From assembly GCA_028826165.1 (NCBI GenBank), contig JAPDFW010000060.1, positions 434,001 to 498,000 of the forward strand: DNA of 64,000 nt, in the 5' to 3' direction. This document shows positions 36,601 through 50,000 of this stretch, in pieces. Made by a program: the position numbers and the translations under genes. The notes under the pieces were generated by a model, which saw nothing but the letters and a program-made list of their open reading frames with translations, did not search any database and was not told where the DNA came from. This DNA comes from Anaeramoeba ignava BMAN (Eukaryota > Protista > Anaeramoebae). How positions within the stretch are numbered: position 1 is the first letter of the stretch; every line of letters starts with the position of its first letter.

Positions 36601-39600
36601 GTAAATAAAACTAAATTCAGAAAATTACTTTAATCAATTACTTCTTATTCAACTAAATAAAAATAAAATAAATAATAGAAAACGAAACTGAAATAAGGGA
36701 ATTAAAAGGAATTGAACCTATTATTAAATCAATGAATAATTTCCCAAATAATCAACTTATTCAAGAAAATGGATGTGGAGCTTTATGTAATATTTCTTTT
36801 GATAATGGTAAATAAAACTAAATCCAGAAAATTAAATTAATCAATTACTTCTTATTCAACCAAAATCAATAAATTTATTTCCCAAATTTAAAAATAAATA
36901 GAAAACAAAATTGAAATTAGAAATTTAAAAGGAATTGAACCTATTATTAAATCAATGAATAATTTTCCAAATAATCAACTTATTCAAAAATATGGATGTG
37001 GAGCTTTAAGGAATATTGCTTTTGATAATGGTAAATAAATATAGATATCAATTAAAATTAAAATAATACAAAATATTTTAATTAATAATTAAACAATTTC
37101 ATTTTAAATTTAAATTTAAATTCATTTCCCAAATTTAAAAATAAATAGAAAACAAAATTGAAATTAGAAAATTAAAAGGAATTGAACCTGTTATTAAATC
37201 AATGAATAATTTTCCAAATAATCAACTTATTCAAAAAAATGGATGTGGAGCTTTAATAAATCTTGCTTTTGATAATGGTAAATAAAACTAAATTCAGAAA
37301 ATTAATTTAATCAATTACTTCTTATTCAACCAAAATCAATCAATTTATTTCCCAAATTTAAAAATAGAAAACAATATTGAAATTAGAAATTTAAAAGGAA
37401 TTGAACCTGTTATTAAATCAATGAATAATTTCCCAAATAATCAAGATATTCAAAAAAATGGATGTGGAGCTTTATGGAATATTGCTTTTGATAATGGTAA
37501 ATAAATATAGATATCAATTAAAATTAAAATAATACAAAATATTTTAATTAATAATTAAACAATTTCATTTTAAATTTAAATTTAAATTTAAATTTATTTC
37601 CCAAATTTAAAAATAAATAGAAAACAAAATTGAAATTAGAAATTTAAAAGGAATTGAACCTATTATTAAATCAATGAATAATTTCCCAAGTAATGAAGAT
37701 ATTCAAAAATATGGATGTGGAGCTTTATTGAGTATTTCTTTTGATAATGGTAAATAAAATTAAATCCAGAAAATTAATTTAATCAATTACTTCTTATTCA
37801 ACTAAAATCAATAAATTTATTTCCCAAATTTAAAAATAAATAGAAAACCGAATTGAAATTAGAAAATTAAAAGGAATTGAACCTATTATTAAATCAATGA
37901 ATAATTTTCCAAATAATCAACTTATTCAAAAAAATGGGTGTGGAGCTTTATCGAATATTGCTGATAATAATGGTAATTAAAAAATAATCAAAAATCCAAA
38001 TATTTTAATCAATTATTTATTATTAATTATTAATCAAAAAAATATTTAATTAATTTCAATTTCATTTTCCAAAAATCCAAAAAAAATAATTTCAATTTCA
38101 ATTTATTTTCCAAAAAAAAATATCAAATAAATAGAAAACAAAATTGAAATTAGGAAATTAAAAGGAATTGAACCTATTATTAAAGCAATGAATAATTTTC
38201 CAAATAATCAACTTATTCAAAAATATGGATGTGGAGCTTTATTGAATATTGCTGATAATAATGGTAAATAAATATAGATATCAATTAAAATTAAAATAAT
38301 ACAAAATATTTTAATTAATAATTAAACAATTTCATTTTAAATTTAAATTTAAATTTATTTCCCAAATTTAAAAATAAATAGAAAACATAATTGAAATTAG
38401 AAATTTAAAAGGAATTGAACCTATTATTAAATCAATGAATAATTTTCCAAATAATCAACTTATTCAAAAATATGGATGTGGAGCTTTATGTAATATTGCT
38501 TTTGATAATGGTAAATAAAACTAAATTCAGAAAATTAATTTAATCAATTACTTCTTATTCAACTAAAATCAATAAATTTATTTCCCAAATTTAAAAATAA
38601 ATAGAAAACCAAATTGAAATTAGAAAATTAAAAGGAATTGAATGTGTGATTAAATCAATGAACAATTTTCCAAATAATCAACTTATTCAAGAAAATGGGT
38701 GTGGAGCTTTATGGAATCTTGCTTTTGATAATGGTAAATAAAACTAAATTCAGAAAATTAAATTAATCAATTACTTCTTATTCAACTAAAATCAATAAAT
38801 TTATTTCCCAAATTTAAAAATAAATAGAAAACCAAATTGAAATTAGGAAATTAAAAGGAATTGAATGTGTGATTAAATCAATGAATAATTTCCCAAATAA
38901 TGAAGATATTCAATATAAAGGATGTGGAGCGTTAGGGAATATTGTTGCTTATAATGAAGGTAAATAAAAATAAATGAAAATGAAAAATCATAAAATAAAT
39001 TATGCAAATTAAATTAATCAATAATTTCTTATTCAACTAAATAAAAATAAAATAAATAATAGAAAACGAAACTGAAATAAGGGAATTAAAAGGAATTGAA
39101 CCTATTATTAAATCAATGAATAATTTTCTAAATAATGAAGATATTCAAGAAAATGGATGTGGAGCTTTATTGAATATTTCTTTTGATAATGGTAAATAAA
39201 ACTAAATTCAGAAAAATAAATTAATCAATTACTTCTTATTCAACTAAAATCAATAAATTCATTTCCCAAATTTAAAAATAAATAGAAAACAAAATTGAAA
39301 TTAGAAATTTAAAAGGAATTGAACCTATTATTAAATCAATGAATAATTTTCCAAATAATCAAGATATTCAAGAAAATGGGTGTGGAGCTTTATTGAATAT
39401 TGCTTTTGATAATGGTAAATAAAACTAAATCCAGAAAATTACTTTAATCAATTACTTTTTATTCAACTAAAATCAATAAATTTATTTCCCAAATTTAAAA
39501 ATAAATAGAAAACCAAATTGAAATAAGGGAATTAAAAGGAATTGAACCTATTATTAAATCAATGAATAATTTTCCAAATAATAAAGATATTCAAAAATAT

Positions 39601-39904
39601 GGATGTGGAGCTTTAAGGAATATTGCTGATAATAATGGTAATTAAAAAATAATCAAAAATCCAAATATTTTAATCAATTATTTATTATTAATTATTAATC
39701 AAAAAAATATTTAATTAATTTCAATTTCAATTTCCAATTTCAATTTATTTTCCAAAAAAAAATATCAAATAAATAGAAAACCAAATTGAAATTAGGAAAT
39801 TAAAAGGAATTGAACCTATTATTAAAGCAATGAATAATTTTCCAAATAATAAAGATATTCAAAGAAAAGGAAAATGGACTTTAGAAAAATTACAAAACAA
39901 TTGA
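33679..39904 (+). CDS. Armadillo-repeat protein, 27 exons: 3 divergent N-terminal repeats, 23 near-identical internal repeat exons and a C-terminal cap; no other domain seen
   Basis: ATG at 33679. Internal exons are 129 nt (two are 132 nt) and all phase 1-1, e.g. 35166-35294 ENIIEIRNLKGIEPIIKSMNNFPNNQLIQENGCGALWNIAFDN. The last exon ends QRKGKWTLEKLQNN-TGA at 39904. Confidence 0.88.
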
Positions 39905-40011
39905 ATCAATTTAATTTTCATTTTCATTTTGATTTCTTTTCTTTTCTTTTTCCAATCAAATTCAATAAAAAACAAAAACGAAATTATTTTCTGGTTTTCA
40001 TATTTTTTCAA

Positions 40012-40789
<778 letters not shown>

Positions 40790-41004
40790 GAAAATTGAAA
40801 AAAGAATTAAAAATTAAAAAAGGAAAATGTTTATAAAAAAAATTATAAATTGTTTTTCTTTGAACTTGAAATGGATTTAATTAATTAAGAGAAAAAGGAA
40901 TAAAATTTGAAAATAAAAAGAAAAGAAAAAAAAAAAAAACTTCCTTTTCCAAAATAATTATTCCAAAAAAAAAGAAGAACAAAACAATCAAAAAAATTCC
41001 AAAA

Positions 41005-44000
41005 TCATTTCTTATCGTTAGTATCATTAGTAAGTTTTGAAGTAGAGTTTTCAATACTTTGAAGATATAAATCTTTTTCAGTTTCAACAGCTTCCATAAC
41101 AAGTTCATTAACAGGATCATTTTTTGGATTTTCATTATCTTTATCATCATCTTCATCATCATCATTAACAGAATAAACATTAACTGTTGGAGTTACTTTT
41201 ACAACTTTTCTCTTTTTATACCAATAAAAAGCAACACCTCCAACAATAGCCAAAGCTCCAAAACTTGTTCCAAGACCTGCATATAATCCTGTTTTACTTG
41301 TTTGTTTAGGAGCTGATTGAGTTGTGAAATAATAATTATCACTCCAAGCTGAATATCCGATTGAATTAATTGCTCTTATTCTTATTGAATAATTTGTTAC
41401 TTCTTTTAGATTTCCAATCGATGCATTGCTTCCAAGTGAAATTACTTCATTTTGTAATTCGTCATTGAGTAAAGCTTGAGTGTAATATTGTGTGATTTCT
41501 TCTCCATTGTTTCGTGGGATTGGCCATTCAAGATTAATCAAGTTATCTTCGATTTGAGTTGCTGTTATATCAACAACTTTTTCTGGAACTGTTTTATTTG
41601 TTGTGAAATTGAAATCATTGCTCCAATCACCAATATATTCACTTACTTCTGCTCGCACTTTAACTGTGTAATTTGTGTTTGGAATCAAACTGTCAAATGA
41701 GCAAAAAAGTGAGATAAAATTTGTTCTGTTGTAAACATCAGTAATCATAGCTGTGTATGTTGTGATATCAATATCATCCAAATCATTCCATCCTATTACT
41801 GCAATATAAGGCTCAATATTCTTCAAATAAACTCCTGTAACTTTGTTTGGATAATAGGATTGTGTGCAAAGTACAAATTCTCTTGGATTTGCATATCCTT
41901 CTGAATTAAATGCACTTATTGTGAGTGTGTAACTTGTGTTTGTTGTTAAATTATCAAAAAATCCAACTGTTGAATCAACTTGTGAAAATGCTGAATTAGT
42001 AAGATTATCTGTTTGAGCACATGTTAGATTATATCCTTCAATTTCTCTTCCTCCATGATTTGGTACTTCCCAAGAAAATAGGAGAGAATTTCTTCTAATT
42101 TCATCAACATTTATTGATTCAATTTCTCCAGGAACTACAGGATCAAGTGTTGAAACATTTGTATCAGTGCTCCAACTATTGCAACTTCCCAATGGATTCA
42201 CTGCTTTCATTGCGATTGAATAATTTCCAGAGAGCAAACCAGTGATATTGTATTCAAATGTTGATGAACCAAAAGATAATTGGGTTGAATTGGAAATATT
42301 AGTGTCTTGTTCTCTGTAGGATAAAATGTAAGATGTGATATTCAATCCTCCATTGTTTGGCTTAGTCCAATTCACATTGAGTGATGTTGAATTAATTGCT
42401 GTTGAATTTACTGGATCCATTATTCCTGGTACTGTTGGTTGGGATGTTGAAGCTAATAAAACATCACTATAAATTGATGATCCAACTTCATTTATAGCAG
42501 ATATCGCAATATCGAAAGCGCCTGATAATAAATTTGATATTTTGTATTGGAATGAGGATTGAGGAGGATCAACAACCATGTATTCTGTTGTGTTTGTTGA
42601 ATATGGAGTTATTGAGAAGTTGTAATTGAGTATTGGTCTTCCGTTATTATTGGGTTGATTCCATTGAAGTGTTATTGAAGTTGGAGTTGCTGAAATTTGA
42701 GTGAATCCTGTGATTTTATCTGGGATTTGAGGTGATAATGTGTTCATTTCTTCTTGATTTCCTGTTGAATTTCCAATTGAATTAGCAGCATAAACAGTGA
42801 TATTATAAGAATCTGAAATCAAGTTTGTGAGGTTGAATTGAAGAACATATTCTGATGTTGAAACACTTCCTGATGTTCCATTTGTATTCAATGAATCGAA
42901 TTGAACAAAGAAATTGGTGATATTTCTTCCTCCATTCGAAGTTGGTGGATCCCAAGTCATGTAAATAGAAGTTGAAGATGAACTGATAAATTGAAGATTC
43001 AAAACAGGATTTGGAGTTGTTGCAGCAGAAGTGGAAAATGAAGTTGAATCACTTGATATTCCTTCTCCATTTTCATTAGTGGCTGAAATTCTAACGTTAT
43101 AAGTTCCTGAGTAAATATCATCAATTACATATTCAAGATTTGTTGCTGATGGTTCAACATTTAAAATTATCTCATCCCATGAAACAGATGTGCTTAATTT
43201 GTATAATATTGTGTAGTAAAGTATATCTTTACCTCCATCAGCTGGTTTTGTCCAACTAAATGCAAATGATGTTGATGTTGAATTAAGAAATGAAGGTTGA
43301 GCAACTTTTCCTGGAACTGTTGATCCATCAGTTATATATGTAGCATTATTACTCCACGATTCACTGCATCCAATATCATTACAAGCTTTGATTCGGAAAT
43401 TGTAATATTGTGATTCCTCAAGTGAACCAATAGTGCAACTTGTTGATGAATTTGAAGTATTGAATTGATCGAAAATCGAAGTTGTATTTTTTTTGTATTC
43501 AATAAAGTAAAAAACAATCACAGAACCTCCATTATTACTAGGTTCAGCCCATCCAATTTGAATTTCCGAAGATGTACCAGATATTTTATAGGGAGGTTGC
43601 ATATTTCCAGGATAAGTTGCAGGATCTGTACTGAATGAAAATTCTGTTCCATTTACAGAAAAATTTATTGAGTTGTTTGATTGTATTTTGAATGTGTAAT
43701 TTCCAGAAAGTAAATTATCCAAATTGTAATATAAATTTGTGCTATAAAGATCAATGGATTGAAAATCTTCAGCAGGTTCTGCATCTTCATATTTGTACCA
43801 TAAACGATATCCAATAATTGGTGAGCCACAAGAACAAGGTTCAATCCAAGAAATTAAAATTGAAGTTGATGATTTTCCTGTTTGTGAGATTGAAGTAACT
43901 GGATCAGGTTCTGTTGGTGCACCTGTTTCGATTGATAAATTTTGACTGAATTCTGATGTACTACAATATGAAGTTATTGCTCTAACACGAATAGTATAAG

Positions 44001-46353
44001 TTCCGTAAATTAAATCCTCAATTGTTGATTCATAAGTATTTGCTGGTTCAAGTTTATAAGACCAAGTAGTTTCACCATCTTTTAAGTATGCGACTTGATA
44101 ATTAGTTATAGTGGATCCTCCATTTGAAGCTGGAGCTGTCCAGTTAACAGATATTGATACTTGTGTGTGATTTACTTCGTTAAATGTTGTTATTGCATCA
44201 GGACATGTTGCTTCATTTGTCCAGAATGAGTGTTCTGAAGAATAATCTCCAAATGAATAATTACTTTTGGCACGAATTCTGAAGATGTATTCGCCAGAAA
44301 GAAGTGATGTTGCTTGAAATGAATGTGTTTCTGCTCCAACTGTAGAATTAATCCAAGTTTCGTTTCCTGCTTTTCTATAATTTATTTCATATGAAATTAA
44401 AGGACTTCCACCATTTGAAGGTGTTCCCCAACTAACTCCGAATGATGTTGAAGATTTCATTTCTAAAACTTCAGCTATATTTGGAACGATTGAAGGTTGA
44501 GTTGGAGGATTTGTAGCTATAACAATTTCATTAGTCCAAGCACCAGTTCCTATTTCAACAAAATTTACAAATATAATTTAAAATATTATTATTTAAATAT
44601 TATTTAAGATATTTCTTCTATTTGATAATTCACCTTCATTATTATATCCAGCAACTTGAATAGTATAATCTCCTGAATATAAATCTGAAAAGCTATATTG
44701 ATGAACACTTGAAGAAAGTTGTAAAGAAGTCCAATCACCAGTAGATTTATATCTAAGATAATAACCACTAACAGAAAACAAACTTGGAGTTGTCCAATAA
44801 ACATTAAAAGAACTAGAAGTAACAGAATCATAAGTAGGATCAGACATTCGAGGAGGAGAACATTCAGTATTTCCTGAACCTGAATTAGAAGTATCAGTAG
44901 GACAAGAAGAACAGCCAGTATTACCATAACCAGTATTGTAATAATTCGGTTCACAAAGAGTACAAGAAGCAGCATTTTGAGTAGTTGAATAAGATCCAGG
45001 ATCACAAAATGAACAAGTTGGAGTTGGAGCATGTGATCCAGGAAGACATACACATGATCCACTTGGTAAACAATTACCACCGTTATAACAATCTCCACAA
45101 TCATACATCCTATTTCCATTATATACACATGAATATGACCCACAACTTGGATCTTTATCTTCAATATTCTTTTGTCCACTTCCTGTGTTGTCTACTATTC
45201 TTATATTGCTCCATCCTAATCTTACATCAAGACATCCTGATCTGTCACAATAAAATCCTCCACCTGAATCACTTGCTGAATTTTCTGCAATTATTATATT
45301 CTCATAATTTGATGAACATAGAAAATTATAAATTGCTCCTCCTCTTTGTGCTTGATTGTGATAAAATTCACAGTTTTTAATTGTTGCTTCCCAATCACGA
45401 ATTACACAAGTTGAATAGATTGCTCCTCCTAATTAATTTTATTTTTTATTTTAATTTGAATTTTAATTTTGATTTTGATTTTGATTTTGATTTTGATTTT
45501 AATTTTAATTTTTAATTTTAATTTTGATTTTAATTTTGATTTTAATTTTAATTTTGATATTAATTTTGATTTTAATTTTAATTTTAATTTTAATTTTGAT
45601 TTTAATTTTGATTTTGATTTTGATTTTGATTTTGATTTTGATTTTGATTTTGATTTTAATTTTGATTTTGATTTTGATTTTGATTTTAATTTTAATTTTG
45701 ATTTTGATTTTAATTTTGATTTTGATTTTAATTTTGATTTTAATTTTGATTTTGATTTTAATTTTAATTTTAATTTTGATTTTCATTTTAATTTTGATTT
45801 TCATTTTAATTTTAATTTTGATTTTGATTTTAATTTTGATTTTAATTTTGATTTTAATTTTAATTTTAATTTTTGATTTTGATTTTGATTTTGATTTTGA
45901 TTTTGATTTTAATTTTTCTATTTAATTTTTCTATTTAATTTTAATTTTTATTTTGATTTTGATTTTTGATTTTGATTTTGATTTTGATTTTGGATAAAAA
46001 ATACCTTCATTAGCATTACAATATTGGAAAGTAAAACCATCAATAGTAGGACCACCATTTGCACCTATATAAATATAAAGACAACGTTTTGAATTACCAC
46101 CATCAATAATAGTTTGACTTGGACCATCAGGAGCCCACATAGTAGCAGGTTTATTAGAAAAAGATAAAGTGGAAGAAATATAATAATGACCCGAATAAAC
46201 ACAAAGAACATCACTATTTCCAGTTTTGGAAAGTCCTCTTTCTATTGATGCACAAGCTGTTCCATATGAACTGCAATCATTTGAATCACTTCCATATCCT
46301 TGTCTTACATATTTTGTACAAGTATATGCTGAATATCCTTCTTTTATTCCTTC

Positions 46354-46403
<50 letters not shown>

Positions 46404-46491
46404 TTGTTTTTATTTCTTCTTCATTTATTTTTGTTTTTATTATTAAAATGGTTAAAAGTATTATTAAAATTATCAATTGTTTTCTTTTCAT
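41005..46491 (-). CDS. Type I membrane surface protein: signal peptide, Pmp-like GGAI beta-helix, EGF/Cys-rich repeats, about 12 FN3 domains, TM helix, acidic tail; 3 exons
   Basis: Exons 46491-46005, 45428-44634 and 44549-41005 join in frame. Motifs: EGGAIYS, RGGAIYN, CYNGGNC...CVCLPG, CDPGSYS, repeated W..P.NGG..I..Y FN3 units, and TM LYAGLGTSFGALAIVGGVAFYWY-KKRK. Confidence 0.88.
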
Positions 46492-47004
46492 TTTTTTTTT
46501 TTTTTTTAAAATAAATTTTTTTTTTTTTGATTGTTTTTTTTTTTTATTTCTTTATTCTTCTTCTAAATTTAATTATTTAAAAGAAAAAAAATGGAATTTA
46601 ATTGTTTAATTTATTTTGCTATTTTTTATTTTTTTTTTAAAACAAAAAAATCATCAATCTTATTTTTTTTTATTCTTTTTGATCTTTAATAAAAAAAAAT
46701 AAATAAAAAAAAATTCTTTCATTCCACTTTTTATTTTTATTTAAAATTTATTTAAATTTAATTTAAAATTTAATTAAAATTTATTTATAATTTAATTTAA
46801 AATTTATTTATAATTTATTTAAAATTTATTTAAAATTTATTTAAAATTTATTCCACTTTTCATTCCACTTTTTATTTAATTTAAAATTTATTTATATTTT
46901 AATTTAAAATCTATTTAAAATTTATTTAAAATTTATTAAAAATTTATTTATAATTTAATTTAAAATTTATTTATAATCTATTTAAAATCTATTTTAATTT
47001 ATTT

Positions 47005-50000
47005 CTATATTTTATTTGATTGGATTAAATGATCTTCTTCTACAAATTCAGAAAATAAACCATCTCGATTTTTTAACAAATTATCAGGAGTATCAAACTC
47101 AACAACTTGACCTTTCTTCAAACACAAAATACGATTAGAATCCAAAATAGTATTCAAACGATGAGCAATAGTGATTACAGTTGAATTTTTAAAATGAGAT
47201 TTAATTCTTTGTTGAATAATTTTATCAGTTTCTTGGTCAATAAAAGCAGTTGCTTCATCCAAAAGTATAATTTTAGAATTTTTCAATAAAATTCTTGCTA
47301 AACAAATAAGTTGTTTTTCTCCTGTTGAAAAATATGAATTTTCTTCTGAAATTTCTGTTGAAAGTTGAAAAGGAAGAGTTCGAATTTTTTCAGTTAAATT
47401 AACAAGTGATAATATTTCCCAAATTTGTAAATCTGTATATTTTTTAAATGGATCCAAATTTTCTCTAACTGTTCCACTAAAAATTATAACATCTTGTGGA
47501 ATAATTGATAATTTATGTCTTAGTTTTGATATTTTGATTTTTGAGATATCAATTCCATCAATTAAAATAGATCCTTTATAAGGATTTACAATTCTAAAAA
47601 GACATAAAGCTAAGCTTGTTTTTCCTAGAATTTTTAATTTTAATTTTAATTTTAATTTTAATTTTAATTTTAATTTTGATTTTAATTTTGATTTAAATTT
47701 TGATTTTGATTTTGATTTTGATTTTGATTTTGATTTTGATTTTGATTTTGATTTTAAATTGAATTTTGAATTTAAATTGAATTTTGATTTTGATTTTTGA
47801 TTTTGAATTTAAATTGAATTTTAAATTTAATTTTAATTTTGATTTTAATTTTAATTTTAATTTTAATTTTAATTTTAATTTTAATTTTGATTTAAATTTT
47901 GATTTTAATTTTTGATTTTGAATTTAAATTGAATTTTAAATTGAATTTTAAATTGAATTTAAATTGAATTTTAAATTTAAATTTAAATTGAATTTTAAAT
48001 TGAATTTTAAATTGAATTTAAATTGAATTTTAAATTTAAATTTAAATTTAAATTGAATTTACCACATCCAGTCCTTCCAACAATCCCTACTTTTTCTCCT
48101 GATTCAAACTCAACAGAAATATCCTTCAAAACATCAGGAAGATTTGGACGATATTTCATTGAAACATTTTCAAACAAAATTTTTCCATATTGAGGCCAAT
48201 CAGAACTAACAAGAATTTTTGAGTTATCAAGAGAAGATTGCTCACTTTCAATTTGAGAAAACTCAGCAATTCTTTCTATCGAGTTCATATATTGCTCTAA
48301 TAAAGCACCGTATTTGATAATCCAATTCAAAGAAGAAGAAATTTGCAAGCAATAAGTTATACTCAAAGCAGCATAAGTTGGTTTTATTGAATTTCTATTG
48401 AAAAAAACTAAGAAACTAACCAAAAGAACAATAAATGATGATATCAATTCAATCCGAATTGAAAGCCATCTTTGAGACATATAATCATTATATGTTGCCT
48501 GAATATTTGAATTCAATCGTTGATCATTTCGTTGTATAAAATGGTTTTGAGCCATATATGCTCTAATTGAGGATAATCCGTCCAATGTTTCCGAAAAATT
48601 GTTGTAAACTGGAGACATTGATATTGATTGAATTCGACGAATTTCTCGAGATGTTTTTCGAAAACGCATTAGAATTCGATAATAAATCAAGAATATAAAA
48701 ACTAAAGGAATCAAAAAGTAATATGTAACAGACACAATGATCGCAAATATCGAAATCAAAACCAAAATTTGAGTGATAAAATAAGTGAAAAAGGATGATA
48801 TCGAAAGATCCAAATCCATAATATCTTTAGAAAATCTATTGATTATTCTCCCAGTTGGTGTTTTATCAAAAAATTTAATTGGTGCTTTTGATATATTTTC
48901 AAGTAATTTTGTGTGAATTTTTCGTGATGCTTTAATAGATCCAAAAAGTGCAATAACCAATCCAGAAAAAGTAAAAAGAAGAACGCAAAATCCAATTAAA
49001 AGATAAACTAAAATGTAAAAATTTTTGGATTTTCCTTGAAAAAGTTTCCCATCAGACCAAATTGCAAGCCAATAACTTGATGATACTGTGAATCCTTGTG
49101 TCAAAATCAATGCAGAAAGAAGCCAAAAAATTAAATAGCATCCTCCAGCTGATTTGATATAATACCGATAATATTTCCATTTTACTTTCCCTATTTCTCG
49201 TTTTTCTTCTTGAATTAGTTCGTAATCTTTTTGTTTTTCCAGTTTTTCTTTTTCAAGAAGAAAATTGTTTTTATCATCAATCAACTCTTTTGAATTGAAG
49301 TTTTCTAAATTAAATTTTGAATTAAATTTGATTTTTAATTTTTAATTTTAAATTTTTAATTTTTATAGGTTTACTTTTGGTGATTTCTTCCCATTCAGAA
49401 TCTATCACTAAGGAATCCTTTTTTGATTGATCATTTTCAGAAATTGTAATAGTTTGAAAAAGATTGTCTGAATCTGATGATAATAATTCAGATAGATTTT
49501 GATTTTGATTATTTTGATTATTTTGATTATTTTCATTATTTTGATTTTGATTATTTTCATCATTTTGATTTTCAACTTCAATTAATTTTGAAAAATCAAA
49601 ACCATTCGAAATGAGTTCAGAATATTTTCCTTGTTGAACAATAGTACCTTGATTCAAAACAATAATATAATCTGAATAAGGAAGAAACTGGAGTTGATTT
49701 GTGACAAGAATTCTTGTTTTATTTTGAAGAAAATTTCCAAGAATTGCATTATTGAAAAGATGAGCACCGACATGAACATCAACCGAACTAAGTGGATCAT
49801 CCATTAAATAAATATCAGAATTTTGATATACGGCTCTAGCCAAAGAAATACGCTGTTTTTGGCCGCCAGAAATATTAACACCTTTTTCTCCAATTTCAGT
49901 AAGATCTTTCACAGGTAATGCTTTAAGATCTTCAATTAAATCACACATTTCAAGTGTTTTTCTGTATCTTTCTTCATCCAATTCGGATGTGAAAATGATA

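Noticed and set aside
34441-39776. Regularly spaced ~220-bp repeats resembling a CRISPR array or a non-coding tandem repeat
   Set aside because: The conserved parts are AG/GT-bounded coding exons and the spacers are related introns, not unique spacers. No cas genes are present and the context is eukaryotic.
47620-48065. Interruption of the ABCC NBD2 Walker A motif, checked as a possible second intein
   Set aside because: It is a GT-AG intron filled with simple repeats and has no Hint motifs.
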